A program made the translations under genes and the position numbers. Source: the human T2T-CHM13v2.0 reference genome, Homo sapiens. From it: DNA of 64,000 nucleotides. Positions 25,630 to 41,646 of the stretch are shown piece after piece. The stretch lies in assembly GCF_009914755.1 (NCBI RefSeq), contig NC_060934.1; one strand, written 5' to 3'. The notes under the pieces are model-generated. The model was not told the DNA's origin. It saw only the letters and a list, made by a program, of their open reading frames with translations, and ran no database searches. Position 1 is the first letter of the stretch. Each line of letters opens with the position of its first letter.

Positions 25630-25952
25630 AGAATCACAATGGACCTAGAGGAGCAAAAGGATTACCCAGAATACTTGGTCTTGATGCAATGAGGATATAA
25701 TCATGGAGTTCCCAGGGAAAGCTTGCATGAAAGGGAAGACCACAGAGAGGAAATTGGGGCTGAGGATGGGGTGGAGAGGTAGGAAGATCAACACCTGATG
25801 AAATCGTTATAGACCCTGAATCCAGGTGCACCTGAAGCCAGGTCCATCCCTGGATTCCATGGTTGTGAAAGCCATTAACATTTTATCTTAGGTTTAGCTA
25901 GCTTGAGTTGGAGTGGCCTCTACTTACAACTGAAAGACTCCTGATGAATATA
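25630..25952 (+). mobile_element. MLT1J/K/L-like MaLR LTR fragment
   Basis: cctgaatccagg...cctgaagccag...gaaagccattaac...gcttgagttgg...acttacaactgaaagactcctgatgaata. Confidence 0.6.
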
Positions 25953-26389
25953 GAAATGAGCTTCTGGTTTGTCTCCAACAATCAGGATAATGCCAATCAT
26001 ATAGTAGATGCTCAAAGATATTATTGGAATGAGTAAATGATATGCTTAATCGTTACAAGCAATTACAAGCAATGACTCAGAAATAGGACCCAAGCGTCTT
26101 GATTTCTAGCTCATTGCTCCTTCAATTACTTTACATGACCTTTTGCAATACAAGGAAAGACTTCTCCCTCCACTACATAGAGAGGAATGTTTTCTTTTTT
26201 TAATTATTTTTTATGATTTAAAAAATTCTACAAGCAATACATTAATACTTTTTCATTATAAAAGATCCACCCACTCCACCACACTCCTACTGCATTCTCA
26301 ATCACAGTTTGCTCTATACTCTAATAGAACTTCTATGCATTTATATAAAGTTAATTAAGTATCAAGTTGATGATAATCTTTGAAATAAA

Positions 26390-26600
26390 AATAACATTTT
26401 AATTTGTCTTAAAATAACCCAAGGAATATATGGGGGGAGGTTGGTGGGATTTAGATACAATAGAATGGGCTGCACTGATAATTGTTGAAGTAGTGTGGTG
26501 GATATGTGGAGATTTGTGACCCTATTCTCTCTACTTTTGCATGTGTTTGACATATACAAAATATACAAAAATAAAAAAAGTTATTACACAATGAATGTGT
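26390..26600 (+). mobile_element. L1MC-type 3' end fragment
   Basis: tgataattgttgaag...tattctctctacttttgcatgtgtttga with an A-rich end. Confidence 0.6.
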
Positions 26601-27009
26601 GTATAAAGAATTGAAAAACACAGGAAAAGCAAAATAAGAATATTAAAGCATCATATTTTTAAGTGTATACTCTTGCATGTCATTCTAGATCCTATGTGTA
26701 CACACACACAAACACACACACACTTATACATAATTCTTTTTTGGTATTTTATTTAGCCAAAATTAGATTAAAGTGTATATATTTTTTTATTATCTGCATT
26801 TTTGTTGTTGTTGTTATCATTTTTATTTTATTATTTGAGAGGAGCAGTCTCTCTCTCCATGTTTACATGTCAATATTCAATATTTTTTCTTAATAATGCC
26901 AATTTAAATTTTTCTAACCTCGTTTAACAATTCATTTATTTGTCTACAAACATCTATTATAGGACCAGTTATTGTATCTACTTTTTATGCCCTTTAAAAC
27001 TCATAGGAA

Positions 27010-27590
27010 AATAGAAACAGCTCTGTTGAGATAATTGGCATATAATTCACCCATTTAGAGTGTAAGTTTCCATGTTTTCTAGTATATTCATAGAATTATG
27101 CAACCATCACAACAATCTACTTTTATAATATTTTTATCACTCTCCAAATTAGTAGTCACTCTTCGTTCCCCACCTCCCTATCCACAGCCCTGGAATACCT
27201 TCTATCTCTAGACATTTGCCTATTCTGGACATTTTATATAAATGAAATCCTACAATATGTGTTCCTTTATAATTGGATTTTTTTTTAACTTAGCTTGTTG
27301 TTTTCAAGAATTGTCTATGTTATAACATGTACTGGTATTTTATTTCTTTTTGTGACCAAATAATATTCTATGAACACACCACATTTTGTTTATACAATAT
27401 TAGCTTAAGGGCATTTGGACATTTTTTACTTTTTAGACCTTATGAGTAATGCTGCTATAAAAACTTGTGTTCAAGATTTTGTGCAGACATGTGTCTTCAT
27501 TCATCTTGAGTGTGTATCCAGGTGTAGAAATTGTTGGGTAAATGGTAATCCTATGTTATGCATTTTTTAGAAACTTCCAAGTTGCACAAT
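27010..27590 (-). mobile_element. L1MB-type 3' end fragment
   Basis: cagctctgttgagataatt...tgcaaccatcacaacaatcta...tttgcctattctggacattttatataaatgaaatc. Confidence 0.8.
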
Positions 27591-28199
27591 CTAAATTTGT
27601 GAAATATACTGTATGTGAATTGTGTTCAATAAAATGTTTTAGAAAGATGTTAAACATTTCTCTTCAAGGCTTATTTTAAAATAGTTTAGTCCTACTAGTG
27701 AGGTTCCTTACTGGGTTATTTATTGAATGTGCTGAAAATTCAATGAGAGTAGTTGGATGGAACTGGAAAATTTATCATCCCTTTCTGAGTTCTGATAATT
27801 GCTTTGCTTACATGTCTTCGGTCATTCTTCATCTGGCCCTAGGGGTGGGGAAAATTACTCCACATATACACAGACACAGACCAAAGAAAAACCTATGAAA
27901 CTTTCTGTTTCTTTATCTCTGTGTATCTTCTTGCTCCATGGTAGTTACCCTGGAAATTCTAGCTGCCTCAGCTCAAAAAACTCATCTCTTTATCCTCAAC
28001 CCAGTGAGACCACAGTTCTATGACTGAACTCTCCTGCCTTCCCACTGGAAAACCTTTCTGTAGAAAGTAGCTCAGGCTCAGGCAATTATAGATCTCACCT
28101 CATTTGTTTCTTTTTACTCAAATATTACTGTCCTGTGATACCTTTTTTTTTTTTTTTTTTTAGGTTTTGTCCAGTTTCTACTTGTCTATGTAAGAAGAA

Positions 28200-28622
28200 T
28201 GCCACACTCTTATGTCCATTTTGCATTCTATAAATGAATACCTGAGGCAGGGTAATTTATTAAGAATATAGGTTTATTTGGCTTATGGTTCTGCAGATTG
28301 TACAAAAAGTATGGCACCACCATCTGCTTTTGGTGAGGGACCTCCAGAAGCTTCTAATCATGGTGGGAAGCAAAGAGGAGCAGGGATTACATGGCAAGAG
28401 AAGGAAGCAACAGAGAGAGAAGGGCGGTGCCAGGCCCTTTTTAACAATCAGATCTCATAGGAACTAATAGAGCAAGAACTCTCACTAACCTCAGGACAGC
28501 ACCAAGCCTTTCATGAGGGATTCACCCCCATAACCAAAACACCTGCCACCAGAATCAACCTCCAACTTGGGAATCCAATTTTGACCTGCAATTTGGAGGG
28601 GGCAAATCTTCAAACAATATCA
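28200..28622 (-). mobile_element. MSTB MaLR solo LTR
   Basis: aatacctgaggcagggtaatttat...catctgcttttggtgaggg...caaacaatatca. Confidence 0.88.
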
Positions 28623-28940
28623 GAGAACAAATCCAGTGTTTCTTCAATCTTGGCTAAAAACACTACTTTGTTTTTTGAGCTGCACCTCCCCAAGTGGATT
28701 TCATTTATCACAATTGGTTTTCTTGTAGACATGGGGTAAACAGGTCTGGTAAATCACTGTAACACAGCTGCTCTGAGTTTTAGGTATCCATTTGGGTTTC
28801 AGAGTTGTCTTTTACTTGGAAAATACGCCCACGAATGAAAAAATTATTCCATGAGTTTATTGAGGGAAGACAGAAATTGTATTCTGCTTAAATTGTTAAA
28901 ACTCTCTTGCTAACAAATAAAAGTCATGGCTATAGGTTTA

Positions 28941-28995
28941 TAGTGTATCACTTCCTTTTAGTGTGTATCACTTCCTTTTAGTGTGTATCCCTTCC
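28941..28995 (+). repeat. 20-bp minisatellite (gtgtatcacttccttttagt) x~2.7
   Basis: Direct reading. Confidence 0.85.
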
Positions 28996-29224
28996 CAACA
29001 ATTACATAATAATAGAAAACAGGAATACTTCAGATATATTGAGGGTTCAGTTCCAGACCACTGCGATAAAGTACCTATCACAATAAAGTGAGTCACAGAA
29101 ATTGTTTGGTTTCTCAGGGCATATAAAGTTATGTTTACTCTAGATGATAGTTAACTGTGCAAGCAAAGCAATGTACATATCTTAATTTGTCACTACTTTA
29201 TTGCTAAAAAATGTTAACAACTAT

Positions 29225-29348
29225 AGCTGGGCACAGTGGCTTACACCTCTACTCCAGTACTTTGGAAGCTGAGGTGAGTGGATCTCTTGAGGCCAGGAGT
29301 TCAAGACCAGCCTAGCAACATAGCAATCCTGTCTCTACACACACACAC
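29225..29348 (+). mobile_element. FLAM-C / Alu left monomer inside Tigger1, with TSD
   Basis: gctgggcacagtggc...aggagttcaagaccagcct...ctgtctct with a (CA)n tail. TSD aaaaatg(t/c)taacaa(c/t)tat on both sides. Confidence 0.85.
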
Positions 29349-29524
29349 AAAAAATGCTAACAATTATCCAAGGCTTCAGCAAGTCAAAATCTTTTTGCTA
29401 GTGAGGTTTTGCCTTGATGTTGATGACTACTGACTGCTCAGATCTGGTCATGGCTGTTGAAGACTGAGGTAGCTGTAACAATTTCTTAAAAAAACACAAT
29501 AATTAAGTTTGCCACATCAATTGA

Positions 29525-31100
29525 CTAAATTGATAGCATTTTACCCTCAGTAGAAGTTGTTTCACAGTTGGAGTCAATCCTCTCAAACCCTGCCACTGAT
29601 TTATCAGCTAAGTTTATGGAATATTCTAAACCTTTTGTTGCCATTTTAACAATGTTCACAGCATCTTCACTACGAGTAGACTCTATCTCAAGAAACTTTC
29701 TTTGCCTATCCCTAAGAAGCAACTCCTCATTCATTCAAGTTTCATCCTGAGATTGCAGCAATTCAGTCACATCTTCAGGCTCTACTTCTAACCGTAGTTC
29801 TCTTGTTGTTTCCACCACATCTGCAATTACTTCTTCCATTGAAGTCTTGAACACCTCAAAGTCATCCATGAGGGTCAGAATCAGCTTCTTGTACATTTCT
29901 GCTACTGTTGATATTTTAACATCAACCCACGAATAACAAAATGTTCTTAACGGCATCCAGAATGTTGAATTCTTTTCAGAAAGTTTTCAATTCAGTTTAC
30001 TCAGACCTATCAGAGGAATCACTATCTATGGAACCTATCACCTTACAAAATGTATTGCTGAAACAATAAGACTTAAAAGTCATAATTACTCCTTGATCCA
30101 TGGGCTGCAAGTGGATGTTGTGTTAACATAAAAACATTAATCTCCTTATACATCTTCATCAGAGCCCCAGATGACTAGATGCATTGTCAGCAAGCAGAAA
30201 TATTTTGAAAGGAATCTGTTTTCTGAGCAGTAGATCTCAATAGTGGGCTTAAAATATTTGGTATATTGTAAACAGATGTGTTGTCATCCAAGGTTTGTTG
30301 TTTCATTTATAGAGCACAGACAAAATATATTTAGCATGCTTCTTAAAGGCCCTAAAATTTTCAGAATGCTCAGTGAACATTGTCTTCCACTTAAACTCAC
30401 CAGCTACATTAGTCCCTCGTAAGAGAGTCAGCCTGTTCTTTGAAGCTTTAAAGACAGGCATTGACCTCTCTGGCTATGAAGGTCCTAGATGGTATCTTCT
30501 TCTAATATAATGCTGATTTTTCTGCATTGAAAATCTGTTGTTTAGTGTAGTTATCTTAGCTATACCTTCTGGATAACTTACTGCAGCTTCTCCAACAGAA
30601 CTTGCTGCTTCACCTTCCACTTTTATATTATGGAGATAGACACGTTAAGCCTCATGAACCAACATGTGCTGGCTTCTAACTTTTCTTCTGCAGCTTCCTC
30701 ACCCCTCTCAGCCTTCATAATATTGAAGAGAGGTAGGGCCTTGCTCTGGATTATACTTTGACTTACCAGAGCGTAGTGGCTGGTCTGATATTATATCGAG
30801 ACCACTAAACCTTTTTCCATCTCAGCAAAAATGCTGTTTCACTTTCCTGTGTTCACTGGAGTAGCACTTTTCGTTTTCTTAAAGAACTTTTCCCTCACAC
30901 TAGTAACCTGGCCAACTGGCACAAGACGGCTAGCTTTCAACCCATCTTGGCTTTCAATATGCCTCTCTTTACTAAGCTTGATTATTTCTGACTTGATTTA
31001 AAGTGAGTGACATGAAACTCTTCCTTTTACTTCAACACTTTGAGGCCACTTTAGGGTTACTAATAAGACTGATTTCAATATTGTTGTGTCTCAGAGAATA
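29525..31100 (-). pseudogene. Disrupted Tigger1 transposase (TIGD1-like DDE) coding remnant
   Basis: ORFs 29735-29956 (LMDDFEVFKTSMEEVIADVVETTRELRLEVEPEDVTELLQS) and 29525-29734 ([34 protein letters not shown]) match the Tigger1 transposase C-terminus. Broken by stops and frameshifts; the upstream boundary is approximate. Confidence 0.8.
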
Positions 31101-31479
31101 TGGAGGTTTGAAGAGAAGGAGAGAAATGGGGCACTGGCCAATTGGTGGAACAGTCAGAACACACAAATTTATCAATTAAGTTTGCCATCTTACATGGGTA
31201 CAGTTTGTGGTACCTAGAAACAATTACAGTAGCTACACATCAAAGATCATTGATCACAGTTAACCATAAATATATAATAATAATAATGAAATTTGAAATC
31301 TTTCAAGAATTGCCAAAATGTGACACAGAGACATGATTTGAGCACATCCTGCTGGAAAAAAAATGGCACCGATGAACTTTCTTGACACAGGGTTGCCACT
31401 CACTTTTAATTTGTAAAAAAAAAAAAAAGGGTAATATCTGCAATATGCAGTGAAGCAAAGCACAATAAAATAAAGTAAG

Positions 31480-31891
31480 TGCCTTAGCCCATTTGCATTG
31501 CTATTAAGAAATACCTGAGACTGGGTAATTTATAAAGAAAAGAGTTTATCGGGTTCATGGTTCTTCAGTCTATACAAGAAGCACGGCACCAGTATTTGCT
31601 TCTGGTGAGGACCTCAGGAAGTTTTCATTCATCATGGAAGATGAAGGAGAGTAGGGATCAATGGCAAGAGAGAAGGAAAAGAGAGAGAGGAGGAGGTGGC
31701 AGGCTCTCTTCAACAACCAGTTCTCATGGGAACTATTAGAGCAAGAACTCACTAGTTACTGCTAGGATGGCACCAACCTCTTATGAGGAATTCGCCCCCA
31801 TAACACAAACACCTCTCACCAGGACCCCTCCAACATGGTGAATCAAATTTGAACATGAGATTTAGAGGGGACAAATACCCAAACTATATCA
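31480..31891 (-). mobile_element. MSTB MaLR solo LTR inserted in the Tigger1 terminal inverted repeat
   Basis: tgccttagcccatttgcattgctattaagaaatacctgagactgggtaattt...caaactatatca. 5-bp TSD gtaag (31475-79) / gtatg (31892-96). Confidence 0.9.
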
Positions 31892-32429
31892 GTATGCCTA
31901 TATTTTGATCTGAAACCCTTATAGTGTTGCTACCTATGAGCTATGTAAGGACAGGGCCAGGCATTATTTCTCCTCATCTCTCCAGTTTCTGGATTTGTCC
32001 AGACATAAAGCAGGTATTAAGTTACTGTAAACATTGAATAAATGGCTGTTAAGAATAAAAGACTATATAATGGGTCCCAGATCCTCCTCAAAGACTCTTT
32101 GTCAGAGATCTCTAAAATGTTAAAGGACACATTTTATCAAACATCATATTAAAGGAAGAAGGAGGGGCAAAGATGAGACACAGAGGGATGTGCAGCCAAG
32201 ACCAATACAAAAGTAACTCTAAGTTCAGTCAACAGTTGGGTTTTTTTCTCCTTGGATCAGGGCTGCTGAGTTTCCATAAGTCAGCATAGTGAGATCTAAT
32301 TGAAATGGATGTAAGATCAGAAATTCATTTTATTCTGGAAGTAAAAGAAATTGCTCCAGAAGTAACACGCTCCTCAATATTTAACACTCAACATGGCCTC
32401 CTCTTCTGCTCAAATTGAGCACAAACATG

Positions 32430-35400
32430 GATTACTTCCAGCATGGGCTATAAAACATGGTGAATTTAACAAATATGGTGAAGTAGGGAGCTCCAGGTCT
32501 CCACCCATTCAGAAAGACAACTAAAAGATGGAAAAAAACTGTCAGAATTAACTTTTGCAGAACCCTGAAATGTAGTTAAAACTTAGAATAATCAGGGGAA
32601 AATTTAGTAAAGAAGTAAGTGGCTGCATTATAGTAAGAGAACCTTGTGGCATTTTAAATTACCCACCTACCACACTCCCACTCCGCAGAATATCAAGAGT
32701 CATATAAATGGCAGTGTGAATTCCTGGTGCAGGTTACAAGTGCCACAAATAGCAATATAGCCCTTATTCTTAAAAAAATGTTCTAAAAGTTGTGTACTGC
32801 AACCTGTCTGTGGCTCCCTTAAAAACTTACACAAGGACATATGTTGGTTTTGCCTAACTGAGAGACTTCCTAGGACAGGGGGCAATCCCTTGGGAAGCTT
32901 TTAGTGAAACATTTAAGGTTAAAGTATTGGCTTTCAGCAGCCTGTGGTAAGGGAGAACAATTAGAACAAGCAGTATGCAGACCAAAAAGCCAGCAAAAGA
33001 AGGGGCTGGGAAACAAAATATGTAGGGGAATGAGGGCTTTATAAAAGGTTCCTGTCTACAGTGGAGAATCAAGAATGCCAAGGCCATTCTCATGGATGGA
33101 TGAATGCTCAAAAAAGGACTAAGAAGACCTTAAGATTTCACCTCTGGCTGACATTCAGGCTCAACACAGGCAAAAAGCAAAGGTTAAGGCACAGTTGTAA
33201 ATGCTTTGACTAACCCTTGAAGAATTACCCTAATACAGAGGCAATCTACAATGGCTTGGACAGGTTATCTGTTTGTTTTTTCTTTTCTTGGCTCCAGGTA
33301 GTTAAGAAAACATTGTCAAAACACCATATATGACATGGAACATACACTTTAGAAGAACAGTGTAGGGTAGTCATTAACAAATAACAACTCCTGTAGAACA
33401 GGAACACAAACCTAGGGGGTGGAAAGAATATTATTTCTATAGTTGCCATAGCAAACCATGCACAAAGAATGAATAGAAACTAGAAGAACAATATCTCACC
33501 AAACAGAGGATATCAACAAAGATATAAAAACAGCAAAAAAGGGACCAAATAGAAATTCTGGTGCTGAAAAGTATAATAACTCTAATTAAACATTTACTAG
33601 AATGGTTCATATCAAATTTGAGACAGGAGAAGGAAGGAAGAATCAGTGAACACAAGGAGAAGTCAATTAAGATTATTCAGTCTGAGAAGCAGAAAGTGAA
33701 AAGAAGGAGAAAAATAGAGCTTAAGAGACATATGAGACACCATAAAGCATATGAACACACTCTTGATGAGAATCTCAGAGGGAGACGAGAGAGAAAAAGG
33801 GGAAAAAATAATCTTTGAAAAAGTGTTGCCCAGAAATTTAACAGACATGAATACACAATCCAAAAAGCCTAATGAGCTATATACAAGATGAACTCAGAAA
33901 TATTCAAAAATTATAATCAACTTGCCAAAAATGAAGACAAAGATAAATTCTTGGAAGTAGCAAGACAGAAGCAATTGTTATATACAGAAATCCTCAATAA
34001 GATTAACAACTAATTTCTTTTTTGAAACCATAGAAGCCAGTTGGCAATGGGATCATATATTTAAAGTACTAAAAGAAAAAGAGAAACCTGTCAACTAAGA
34101 ATTCTATATCTACCAAACTATCCTTTTAAAATGAATAAAAATTAAGATAGTCCCTTATTAAAAAATAAATAAGGCATTCATTACTAGTATACTCACACAA
34201 CAAGAAATGTTAAAAAAAACTCCATTAGGTTGAAATAAAAAGATATTTAATACAAACTCAAAGCGATATGAAAAAATAAAAAGCATCAGAAAAAATAGCT
34301 AAAGATCTAAATAAAAGCCAGTGCTTTTGCGTTTTTTTATATCTTCTTTTTTTCCCTACAGGATTTATAGATAACAGCAAAAAATAATCATTATTAACCT
34401 GTGATAAAGGGAATACAATGTATAAATATATAACTGGTATAATGAAAACATAAGGAGGGGATAGATGAAGCTGTTAAGGAGCAGAATTTTTGCATAATAT
34501 TGAAATGATTCAAATCATTTCAAACGCGATTGTTATAAACTTGTATGTTCATTGCAATATCTATGTTAATTACTAACAAAACACTAAAAAAGAAATTTAT
34601 ATAGAAATAAAAGTGATGCACTAAAATTTAATTACAGGGAAATACCGAGATGGAGAAATATAGGAATACAGGTATAAAAAAGGCATAAGATACATAGCAA
34701 CAAATAGCAAACAGACAAAAGTAACTTCTCCTTTATCAATAATTACTATTTATTTATTTATTTATTTATTAGGAGATGGAGTCTCACTCTGTTGCCTAGG
34801 CTGGTCTCAAACTTTTGACTTCAAGTGATCCTCCTGCCTTAGCCTCCCAAATATGTGAAATTACATGCGTGTGCCACTGTATCTGGTAGAATTGTAAAAT
34901 GTAAATGGCTTAAGCTCTCCAATTAAAAGTCAGAGATTGGGAGAGTACATAAAAATCATCCAACTATACGCTCTTTACAAAAGACCAAATATTTGACAAG
35001 GCAAAGTGAAAGGATGGAAAACATAATACATTCAAAAAGAAATCTGGGGTGGCTATACTAATAGCGGACAAATTAGACATAAAAAATTGTAACAACAGAA
35101 AAAGAAGGACATTATGTACTAATAACATGGTCAATTCACCTACAGGATGTAACAGTTATAACCATATATGCACCTAACAACAGAACCCTAAAATATATAA
35201 TGCTCAAACCAACAAAATTGAAGTGAGAATTAGACACTTCTACAATAATAGTTGTGGATTTAATATCCCATGTACCATAATAAATGAACATTTACACTGA
35301 AAGTCAATAAAATGTTAAGGAGTTTAACAGCTCTATAAACCAACCAGATATAAAAGACATATGCAGAGCATTCAATTCATCAATAGCGGAACAGACATTC

Positions 35401-36458
35401 TTCTCAAGGCTGCATGGAACATTCTTTAAGTGTAATCATATGTTAGGCCACAAAATAAGTTTCAATAATTATAAAATAGCAAAATCACACAAAGCACACA
35501 TATTGAGATCATGAAGTATCACCTTGTTAAGGTGACAATATTATCCAAAGCAATGCCAAATTCAATGCAATTCCTATTAAAAACTCAAGGCTTTTCTCTC
35601 TCTCTCTTTTTCTTTCTTTCTTTCTTCTTTTCTTTCTCACAGAAGTGGAAAAGTGTACCTTAATTTTGAAAATGCAAAACAAAGTTGGAAGCTTCACACT
35701 TCCCAGTTTTAAAATGTACTATAAATCTAAAGTAATCAAAAGAGTGTGGTACTTACATTAGGAGAGACATACAGATCAATGGAATAGACTGACAGTCCAG
35801 ATGTGAAGCCATAAGTCTATGGTCAAATGATTTTTGACAGGGGTGCCAAGGTAATTCAATAAGGGTAAGAATAGGCTGTTTAACAAATGATGTTAGGACA
35901 ACTGGATATCTGTATGCAAAAAAAAAAAAAAGAAATTGGACCTTTTTACCTTATACCATGTAAAAAAATTAACTCAAAATAGATCAAAGACATAGATAAA
36001 AAAGTTATAACCAACAAAAAAAATCTCACAACAAAACATATGGGTAAATCTTTATGACCTTGAATTTGGCAATGGATTCTTAAATATGGTATCAAAAACA
36101 CAAGCAACAAAAGAAAAAGCAGAAAAATGAGACTTAGTCAAAACTAAAAACCTTTGTTCATCAAAAGACATTATCAAGAAAGTAAAAAGACAACTTAAAG
36201 AATGGGATAAAATATTTACAAATTACATATTTGAGAAGGGTACAGAATATATAAAATACTCAACAACCGAAATACAAACAACTCAATTTCATTTTAAAAA
36301 ATGAAAAAAGACTTAAATAGATATTTCTTGAAGAAATATGTGTAAGTGCCCTGAAGGTACATGAAAATATATTTAACAACATTGATCATTAAGTAAAAGC
36401 AAGTCAAAAATCACAGTGAGATACAATTCACACCCACTAGGATGGCTATACATGTTTT
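32430..36458 (+). mobile_element. Old L1MB-type LINE-1, 5' part (5'UTR, ORF1, ORF2 with large internal deletion at ~35500)
   Basis: ORF1-like 33450-34260 (aagaattctatatctaccaaactatcc). ORF2 endonuclease start ~34730/34895 (aatgtaaatggcttaagctctccaattaaaag). Jumps from the endonuclease to post-RT sequence near 35500. Confidence 0.8.
34747..34886 (-). mobile_element. FLAM/Alu monomer with (TTTA)n tail inserted at the L1 ORF2 start
   Basis: gagatggagtctcactctgttgcctaggctggtctcaaac...aagtgatcctcctgccttagcctccc. Confidence 0.85.
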
Positions 36459-36532
36459 TTAAATTAAATAACTAATTTCTTCATTATTAAAGTAAGCTTT
36501 AGGTAGAAGGTGGGATTTGGGAGAGCCCTTAC
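36459..36532 (-). other. Putative L1 3'-transduced sequence (~70 bp)
   Basis: Non-L1 sequence lying between the L1PA7 poly(A) (36533-36548) and the left TSD (36445-36458). Confidence 0.65.
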
Positions 36533-36751
36533 TTTTTTTTTTCTTTTTATTATACTTTAAGTTCTGGGATACCTGTGCAGAGCGTGCAGGTTTGTTACAT
36601 AGGTATACACGTGCCATGGTGGTTTGCTGCATCCATCAACCTGTATTCTACTTTAGATATTTCTCCTAATGGTATCCCTCCCCTAGCCCCCACCCACTGA
36701 CAGGCCCCAGTGTGTGATGTTCCCCTCCCTGTATCCATGTGTTCTCATTGT

Positions 36752-40560
<3,809 letters not shown>

Positions 40561-40623
40561 TATGATGCTAACAGGTTTTTCTGCCCATTAGTTGATGCAG
40601 TTTCTCCATAGTTTCAATGGTCT

Positions 40624-41646
40624 TTACAATTTGGTATGTTTTTGCAGCGGCTGACACCAGTTTTTCCCTTCTGTATTTACTGCTTCCTTCAGGAGCTCTT
40701 GTAAGGCAGGCCTGGTGGTGACAAAATCTCTCAGCATTTGCTTGTCTGTAAAGGATTTTATTTCTCATTCTCTTATGAAGCTCAATTTGGCTGGATATGA
40801 AATTATGGGCTGAAAATGCTTTTCTTTAAGAATGTTTAATATTGGCCCCCACTCTCTTTTGGCTTGTAGGGTTTCTGCTGAGTCTGAAACACTGTTAGTC
40901 TGATGGGCTTCCCTTTGTGGGTTACCTGACCTTTCTCTCTGGCTGCCCTTAACATTTTTTCCTTCATTTCAACTTTGGTCAGTCTGACGATTATGTGTCT
41001 TGGGGTTGCTCTTCTCAAGGAGTATTAGTGGTGTTCTCTGTATTTCCTGAATTTGAATATTGGCCTGTCTTGCTACGTTGGGGAGGTCCTCTGGATAATA
41101 TCCTGAAGAGTGTTTTCCAACTTGATTCCATTCTTCCCGTCACTTTCAGGTACACCAATCAGACGTAAGTTTGGTCTTTTCACATAGTCCCATATTTCTT
41201 GGAGTCCTTGTTCATTCTTTTTCATTCTTTTTATCCCTAATCTTGTCCTGATGCTTTATTTCATTAAGTTGATCTTCAATCTCTGATATCCTTTCTTCCG
41301 CTTGATCGATTCGGCTATTAATACTTGTGTATGCTTCACGAAGTTCTCATGCTATGTTTTTCAGCTCCACCAGCTCATTTATGTTCTTCTCTAAACTGGT
41401 TACTCTAGTTAGCAATTCCTCTAACCTTTTTTCAAGGTTCTTAGCTTCCTTGCATTGGATTAGAACATGCCCCTTTAGCTCAGAGGAGTTTGTTATTACC
41501 CACCTTCTGAAGCCTACTTCTGTCAATTTGTCAAACTCATTCTCTGTCCAGTTTTGTTCCCTTGCTGGCAAGGAGTTGTGATCCTTTGTAGAGGAGGTAT
41601 TCTATTTTTTGGAATTTTCAGCTATTTTGCCCTGGTTTTTCCTCAT
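40624..41646 (-). pseudogene. L1 ORF1, fragmented
   Basis: ATG at 41646 (atgaggaaaaaccag). Peptides EQNWTENEFDKLTEVGFRRWVITN and RRATPRHIIVRLTKVEMKEKMLRAAREKG. TAA at 40624. Confidence 0.9.

Larger units (their letters stand above)
29020..31900 (-). mobile_element. Near full-length Tigger1 (TcMar-Tigger) DNA transposon, decayed, with FLAM and MSTB insertions
   Basis: Left end caggaatacttcagatatattgagggttcagttccagaccac, right end ...caataaaa..[MSTB]..gtatgccta+TA. About 2.3 kb net of inserts. Transposase peptides lie on the minus strand. Confidence 0.92.

Noticed and set aside
28200-31891. Two same-orientation MSTB LTRs bracketing a transposase, resembling a provirus or composite transposon
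   Set aside because: The right LTR has its own 5-bp TSD inside the Tigger1 TIR, and Tigger1 continues past it. There is no MST internal sequence. These are independent solo LTRs.
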